A stretch of DNA of 64,000 bases from an uncultured Nitrososphaerota archaeon (GTDB lineage Archaea > Asgardarchaeota > Njordarchaeia > Njordarchaeales > Njordarchaeaceae): the NCBI GenBank assembly GCA_964518475.1, contig CAZFGR010000007.1, positions 1-64,000 of the forward strand. Direction: 5' to 3'. The translations under genes and the position numbers were made by a program. The notes under the pieces are model-generated. The model worked only from the letters and a program-made list of their open reading frames with translations. It searched no databases and was not told the origin of the DNA. How positions within the stretch are numbered: the first letter of the stretch is position 1; every line of letters begins with the position of its first letter. Positions 58,988 to 64,000 of this stretch are shown here, piece by piece.

Positions 58988-59450
58988 GTAATTGAATTAT
59001 TTTCTCGAACAAAAGATTAATGTTTTCTCCAGTTAGGGCAGATGTCTTTATGAATTCTTTTACGGGCAATCCGGCTTTTTCTAGTGCCTCTCGAACTTCT
59101 TCTTCAGAGACTTGTTCTCCAAGGTCTTTCTTATTACCTACGACAACTACATGTGAGGTATTCTTTACGTATTGTTGAAGCAGATTCGACCATTTCTGCA
59201 GACTTTCTAAAGAGGCTTTATTCGATATATCGAATACTAAAACGATAACTCTTGCCCCGATTAGGTATTGGGGGATATATGAACTAAATTTTGGTTGACC
59301 GCTTAGATCCCATATGATCAGGTTACTTTTCTGAGGGATTTTGAAGACTTCGACACCAAGTGTTGAATTCTCAGAGAGTTCCATGCCAAGATATTTTCTG
59401 ATAATAGATGTTTTCCCCACCCCAGCATCGCCGATAAATACTATCTTCAT
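58977..59450 (-). CDS. Rab/Ras-like small GTPase
   Basis: G1 GDAGVGKTS, G2 STLGV, G3 WDLSGQ, G4 NKKD, G5 TSA; no C-terminal Cys. Confidence 0.92.
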   Translation of the reverse strand: MKIVFIGDAGVGKTSIIRKYLGMELSENSTLGVEVFKIPQKSNLIIWDLSGQPKFSSYIPQYLIGARVIVLVFDISNKASLESLQKWSNLLQQYVKNTSHVVVVGNKKDLGEQVSEEEVREALEKAGLPVKEFIKTSALTGENINLLFEKIIQLLTQ

Positions 59451-59729
59451 TTGAAACCCTCGTAATAGTCATTGGGGGGAGTTAAGCTGTATGATTTATT
59501 ATTTTGGATGAGGTTTGGTGAATAGGAAAAAATATTTCTTCTAGTGGATACCTTTACATAGCTATAAACGTCTCCTAATTTTTGGGATAAAAATTTAATA
59601 GTAATTAAGATGTTGATTTTTCATAGATGGTATAATTGCGATGTTCGGTATCCTTAATTATAACGGCGTTTTATGTAGGTATCGGATCTTTTGTAGCTTT
59701 GTCCATTTAGCAGACTAGTTTGGATTCAT

Positions 59730-60827
59730 ATGGCAATAAGTAAATTCATCAATGGGTTTCCCATAGGACAAGATGGTAGATTGCACATCATCAAGATACC
59801 TTCTATAGTAGTTGTCGGGGAAGGAGCTATAGAAAAGGTTCCAGACGTCGTGGAGAAATTAGGTATAGATCGCGTCTTAATGGTCACAGGAACCACCACA
59901 TGGAATATCGCTGGTAATCTAGTATTTAGACTTCTAAAGGAACAAGGAGTCAAAACTTTTGTCCACTATGTAAAGATACCATCCATGAGTGCGGTGGAGC
60001 CTGCTGTATCGTTCTATTACGAGAATGGGGGATTCGATGTTGTGATAGGAGTTGGCGGAGGAAAAAATCTTGATGTAGGAAAAGTCATTGCAAAGAAGAC
60101 AAACTCGCTTTTCATAAGTGTACCAACAACTTCATCGCATGATGGGATAGCATCTCCTTTTGCCTCATTAATAGAGAGGAAGGGTAAATACTCATTAATA
60201 GCCGCAACACCTATCGCTGTAATTGCAGATACGGAAATTATCGCGAATGAGCCTACGAGATTCTTTAGAGCTGGCGTGGGAGATGTTATTGCCAACATCA
60301 ATGCTGTTGAAGACTGGAAACTCGCTCGTGATGTAGTGGGTGAATATTATGGAGAATACGCGGCAAATCTAGCAGTTATGAGCGCCATGCATTTGATAAA
60401 AAATATCAACGACCTTTTAGAGGACCGGGTGAAAGCTGTTAGAACGCTTATAGAAGCTCTGATAAGTAGTGGAATAGCAATGGGTATTGCGGGGTCTAGT
60501 AGGCCTGGAAGCGGAGCTGAACACCTGTTTTCTCATGCATTAGATGGGCTTGCTAAACAACCAGCACTTCACGGGGAGCAATGTGCTCTTGGAACAGTGA
60601 TGATGCTATACTATAGAGGAGATGATAGATGGACAGAAATTAGAGACTACTTACTAACATTAGGGCTTAAACTGAAGGCCTCATCTCTGGGCTTAACACA
60701 AGCAGAGATTATTGAGGCTTTAATAAGAGCTCCAAGCATAAGGCCGGATAGATATACGATTCTTCATCATAAGCCATTAACGCCTTATCTCGCTAAACAA
60801 TTGGCAAAAGAAACAGGCGTTATTTGA
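59730..60827 (+). CDS. egsA: sn-glycerol-1-phosphate dehydrogenase
   Basis: GVGGG..LDVGK, VPTTSSHDGIAS, SRPGSGAEHLFSHALD, HGEQC, RYTIL. Alternative TTG start at 59781. Confidence 0.95.
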   Translation: MAISKFINGFPIGQDGRLHIIKIPSIVVVGEGAIEKVPDVVEKLGIDRVLMVTGTTTWNIAGNLVFRLLKEQGVKTFVHYVKIPSMSAVEPAVSFYYENGGFDVVIGVGGGKNLDVGKVIAKKTNSLFISVPTTSSHDGIASPFASLIERKGKYSLIAATPIAVIADTEIIANEPTRFFRAGVGDVIANINAVEDWKLARDVVGEYYGEYAANLAVMSAMHLIKNINDLLEDRVKAVRTLIEALISSGIAMGIAGSSRPGSGAEHLFSHALDGLAKQPALHGEQCALGTVMMLYYRGDDRWTEIRDYLLTLGLKLKASSLGLTQAEIIEALIRAPSIRPDRYTILHHKPLTPYLAKQLAKETGVI

Positions 60828-60866
60828 TGAGAGAGTGGATAATGTAGAAAAAATTGGTGATCATTT

Positions 60867-61574
60867 TTAAATTTTCTCTATAAGGAGCTTCATACCTATC
60901 TCTTCAGCTGATTTTTTAGCTTTGTCGCTAATATAGCTACACACAATCATTAGCTCAGGCCTTATGTTAAGTTTCTTCTCATAGAGTTTCCCTAGTCTAT
61001 AAAGCATTCCCACATCACTTTCTCTTACAACGGATCTTATGAGGATAATTACATGCTTATTATCTTTTATCATGAGATCAGCAGAAACTGTAGAGGGATG
61101 ACCCAGTACGAATCCTTCACTATCAAATGTTTCCCATTTCCTTATCCGTGTTCCAAATCGCTCTGAGAGCAGTTTAAGAGCTATTTCACGATAAGCCTCA
61201 TCCGTTATTGGTAATTTTCTCTCACCAAGTGCTTCTACATCCTTTACTAACTTTTCAAGTTTCTTTTCCATGCCTTTGATGGTGCGTAAAAGTTCCTCTA
61301 TTTGTTTACTATTGTCAAGTGTCTGGATATGAGTTTCCCCGAGACGACGTTCCAAGTCCCCCAATATATTCTCGATCTCCGTGATCTTTATCCGAATATC
61401 ATTCTTTAGCTTAGTAACAATGTTTACTAAGCTTACGAAATCTTCTCTAGTGAGAACTTCCCCTTTGAGAGCCTCAACTAATTCCTTACGGAAACCCGCA
61501 TCATTCCTAATCATCGCTGGTATCTCTCTTCGTAGGTTCTCTAACAACTGTTGGATATCTGTAGGGAAACTCAT
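60867..61574 (-). CDS. Coiled-coil plus DUF3782-like PD-(D/E)xK-fold protein
   Basis: LTREDF, heptad repeats, DSEGFVLGHPS, DLMIKD, LYEKK. Confidence 0.7.
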   Translation of the reverse strand: MSFPTDIQQLLENLRREIPAMIRNDAGFRKELVEALKGEVLTREDFVSLVNIVTKLKNDIRIKITEIENILGDLERRLGETHIQTLDNSKQIEELLRTIKGMEKKLEKLVKDVEALGERKLPITDEAYREIALKLLSERFGTRIRKWETFDSEGFVLGHPSTVSADLMIKDNKHVIILIRSVVRESDVGMLYRLGKLYEKKLNIRPELMIVCSYISDKAKKSAEEIGMKLLIEKI

Positions 61575-61829
61575 AAATAATCCCCTTAAGGATTCGCAAA
61601 GAATGAAACACCTTATTTACAATTAAAATTATTCCTTAAAATATTATTACCACAGATAATTCATACAAAATCCTAAATATCCGATGTTTTTAAGGAACCT
61701 AGGCATTACAGTGTATTAGTTAATTCATCATTAAATGAAACGTACTTTCGATACCTATGCATCTTCATTATAACTTGAAGTAGATATTACTATAATATCT
61801 TCTGAATAGCTTTAATTGGGTGAATAGAG

Positions 61830-62210
61830 ATGGTAGAGATTATATCTACCGATAAAGCTCCCCGACCTGTAGGGCCATATAGTCAGGCGATTAAAGCTGG
61901 TCCCTTCCTTTTCATATCTGGTCAAATCCCTATAGACCCGTCTACAAACGAGGTTATTAAGGGAGATATCAGGGCTCAGACTCGTAGAGTCCTTGATAAT
62001 ATTAAAGCTATCTTAGAAGCTGCTGGATATTCATTAAAAGATGTTGTATCTGTTACCGTCTTTCTAAAAGATCTTAAGCTATTTAGCGAATTTAATGAAG
62101 TGTATGCAGAATACTTCCCAGAAAATCCCCCAACGCGAACCACTGTTGAAGTATCTAATCTTCCAAAGGGAGTACTTATAGAGATGAATGCAATCGCCTA
62201 TAAGGAATAA
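61830..62210 (+). CDS. ridA: RidA/YjgF family enamine deaminase
   Basis: GPYSQA, ISGQIP, FNEVY, PTRT, LP..VLIE. Confidence 0.94.
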   Translation: MVEIISTDKAPRPVGPYSQAIKAGPFLFISGQIPIDPSTNEVIKGDIRAQTRRVLDNIKAILEAAGYSLKDVVSVTVFLKDLKLFSEFNEVYAEYFPENPPTRTTVEVSNLPKGVLIEMNAIAYKE

Positions 62211-62218
62211 AATGTAGG

Positions 62219-62647
62219 ATGATAAGGATGCCAATACCCTTTCTTCCAGGAGTAAAAGTTATCGCTGTAGTCGGTGCTTCCCGTAATCCAGAAAAGTGGG
62301 GATACAAGGTATTCGTGACCCTTAAAGAAAAGTATCCAGACACAAAAGTATATCCAATAAATCCAAATGCCACAGAAATTGCTGGAGAAAAGGCCTACCC
62401 CTCACTAAAAGATTTACCAGAAAAACCAGATCTAGTAGTCACGGTCGTTCCTCCAACCCTAACCGAAAAAATCGTTAAAGAAGCTAAAGAACTGGGCGTA
62501 AAGGCTATCTGGATGCAACCCGGTAGTGAATCAGAAAAAGCAATTAAAGAAGCAGAAGCCGCTGGAATAAAAGTATATCATCACACATGTATTGTCCAGT
62601 CAAGCGAGGCAGGAAAAATTATTCCCTTCAAATTCTCACGCGAATAA
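62219..62647 (+). CDS. CoA-binding protein (YccU family)
   Basis: AVVGAS, YPINP, AYPSL, WMQPG, C. Confidence 0.92.
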   Translation: MIRMPIPFLPGVKVIAVVGASRNPEKWGYKVFVTLKEKYPDTKVYPINPNATEIAGEKAYPSLKDLPEKPDLVVTVVPPTLTEKIVKEAKELGVKAIWMQPGSESEKAIKEAEAAGIKVYHHTCIVQSSEAGKIIPFKFSRE

Positions 62648-62652
62648 AAAAA

Positions 62653-62705
62653 TCAGAGACTAGGGTCCCTCATCATCTTTACTCAGATACGCCCGCACTC
62701 ATCAC
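62653..62705 (-). ncRNA. Box C/D sRNA
   Basis: Minus strand reads GTGATGA-GTGCGGGCGTAT-CTGA-gtaaag-ATGATGA-GGGACCCTAGTCT-CTGA followed by a T-run. Confidence 0.93.
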
Positions 62706-62808
62706 ATCATGAAAAACTCATTTACAGTATCTATCACTAATTTTTTACCTCAAATATTCCATAAAAATGATACTTAATACAGCTTTATTATTGTTACCAG
62801 AAAAATAT

Positions 62809-62872
62809 GGCCCCCCTAGCCGTGCCCGACGACCAAAAAGGGATGAGTCGGTGCTGGCTCCGGGGGGCCATA
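62809..62872 (+). ncRNA. Candidate H/ACA-type guide RNA (single hairpin with apical k-turn)
   Basis: GGCCCCCC/GGGGGGCC stem; CCGAC-GA-CC-aaaaa-GG-GAT-GA-GTCGG k-turn; ATA box then TTTTT; upstream TTTATTA at 62784-62790. Confidence 0.6.
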
Positions 62873-63020
62873 TTTTTCCTCATTTAACCGAATCTTTTAA
62901 TTCTTCTCTTGCCCTTCCTATAACAAAGTTATATATTTAATCTGTATATAAGATGGTAGAGCGAGAATTTTTTAATAGGAAAGTAATGGCGTTTTATTCC
63001 AATTCATCTGGGGGATTTCA

Positions 63021-64000
63021 ATGACACTAATGGAAGAAGCTAGGCTTGGGAAAATCACTGAGGAGATGAAGATTGTCGCTAAAATAGAGGATGTTCCGGT
63101 AGAGGTTATAAGGAGAAGAGTTGCTGAAGGTAGAATAATTATTCCAGGAAACTTAAGGAGAAAGGATCGTCAGGAAATAAAGATCGTTGGTATTGGTGAG
63201 GGATTATCAACAAAGGTTAATGTGAATATAGGCACGTCTTCACTTGTTGTTGACTTAGACATGGAGATCAGAAAAGCAAAAGTGGCTATTAAATACGGAA
63301 CGGATACTATCATGGATCTCAGTACTGGGGGTGACCTAGACCTTATAAGAAGAAAATTATTAGAGGTTGCTACTGTTCCTTTCGGCACCGTACCCATATA
63401 TCAAGCATTTATCGATGTTGCGAAAAAGCGAAAAGCCGGCATATATATGATGGAAGATGATGTTTTTAATACTGTGGAGAAGCATTTAAAAGATGGCGTT
63501 GATTTCATGACTATTCATGCCGGAATTCTACGAGAACACGCTGAGAAACTTAAGAAAATCAACAGAGTAGCAGGCATAGTTAGTCGGGGAGGAACAATAT
63601 TAGCCGCTTGGATGATTTATAATCAGGAAGAAAACCCATTCTACAAGAATTATGAATACTTGTTAGAGATGTTCAAGGAGTACGATGCCATAATTAGCTT
63701 AGGTGACGCTTTAAGACCAGGAGCTATAGCTGATTCTCATGATTATTTCCAAATGGCTGAGATGCTAGTAGTTTCAAGATTAGTGAAGAAGGCTTGGGAA
63801 TACGGAGTACAAGTAATGGTTGAAGGACCTGGGCATGTACCATTAAACGAAGTAGCCGCGAATGTAAGACTTGAAAAGGCTCTCTGCCATGGTGCACCTT
63901 ACTATGTCCTTGGACCATTAGTCACCGATATAGCTGCTGGCTATGATCATATAGCTGCAGCAATAGGAGCTGCGATCGCAGCGGCCGAAGGCGCTGATTT
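63021..64000 (+). CDS. thiC: Phosphomethylpyrimidine synthase ThiC family (truncated by window end; not in the ORF track)
   Basis: Manual translation from ATG 63021: [76 protein letters not shown]. BzaA/B/F paralogues are not excluded. Confidence 0.88.
   Translation, partial: MTLMEEARLGKITEEMKIVAKIEDVPVEVIRRRVAEGRIIIPGNLRRKDRQEIKIVGIGEGLSTKVNVNIGTSSLVVDLDMEIRKAKVAIKYGTDTIMDLSTGGDLDLIRRKLLEVATVPFGTVPIYQAFIDVAKKRKAGIYMMEDDVFNTVEKHLKDGVDFMTIHAGILREHAEKLKKINRVAGIVSRGGTILAAWMIYNQEENPFYKNYEYLLEMFKEYDAIISLGDALRPGAIADSHDYFQMAEMLVVSRLVKKAWEYGVQVMVEGPGHVPLNEVAANVRLEKALCHGAPYYVLGPLVTDIAAGYDHIAAAIGAAIAAAEGAD

Noticed and set aside
59600-59730. Short 24-25 codon ORFs between the GTPase and egsA
   Set aside because: No SD or recognisable motif; within chance expectation.
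61690-61735. ATGATGA on the minus strand upstream of ridA (similar case near 28393)
   Set aside because: No CTGA boxes at the expected spacing and the region is AT-rich, unlike the accepted sRNAs.
62800-63020. TPP riboswitch upstream of thiC
   Set aside because: The conserved UGAGA and CUGAU..AUAA..GCGUAGG motifs are absent.
394-63918. Many short ORFs antisense to or nested in well-supported genes (e.g. 11379-11825, 16681-17058, 38338-38769, 50008-50433, 56196-56693, 57850-58035)
   Set aside because: Shadow ORFs: they overlap confident CDSs or sRNA candidates and show no motifs.
1-64000. CRISPR array, transposase, integrase, complete BREX system
   Set aside because: No regularly spaced repeats, DDE or tyrosine-recombinase motifs, or BrxC/PglX genes were seen.

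Overview
AT-rich, gene-dense archaeal chromosome segment of about 65 CDS with GGAGG/GGTGA Shine-Dalgarno motifs and frequent TTG/GTG starts. Lipid and thermophile markers are present (tetraether synthase Tes/GDGT-MAS, EgsA, myo-inositol-1-P synthase, form III RuBisCO). Eukaryote-signature-like proteins occur alongside them (Rab-like small GTPase, two longin-like domains, MIT-like protein, long HEAT-repeat protein). Together these suggest a thermophilic Asgard or Asgard-adjacent archaeon; this is inference. Most genes are housekeeping: nucleotide metabolism, NAD synthesis, class III RNR, an ECF transporter and DNA repair. No CRISPR array, tRNA, rRNA or transposase was seen. Highlights: (1) a candidate transmembrane signalling module made of a free longin-like protein, a 1181-aa beta-propeller/Ig surface protein and a translationally coupled TM-wHTH-longin protein; (2) eight GC-rich intergenic small-RNA candidates (four clear box C/D, two degenerate, two k-turn hairpins), one with a guide complementary to the 16S anti-SD and one with both arms matching initiator-type tRNA; (3) an orphan PglZ-family protein; (4) several catalytically rewired enzymes (thiolase, BirA-like, DUF3782). 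All product calls come from motif recognition by eye; no database searches were run.
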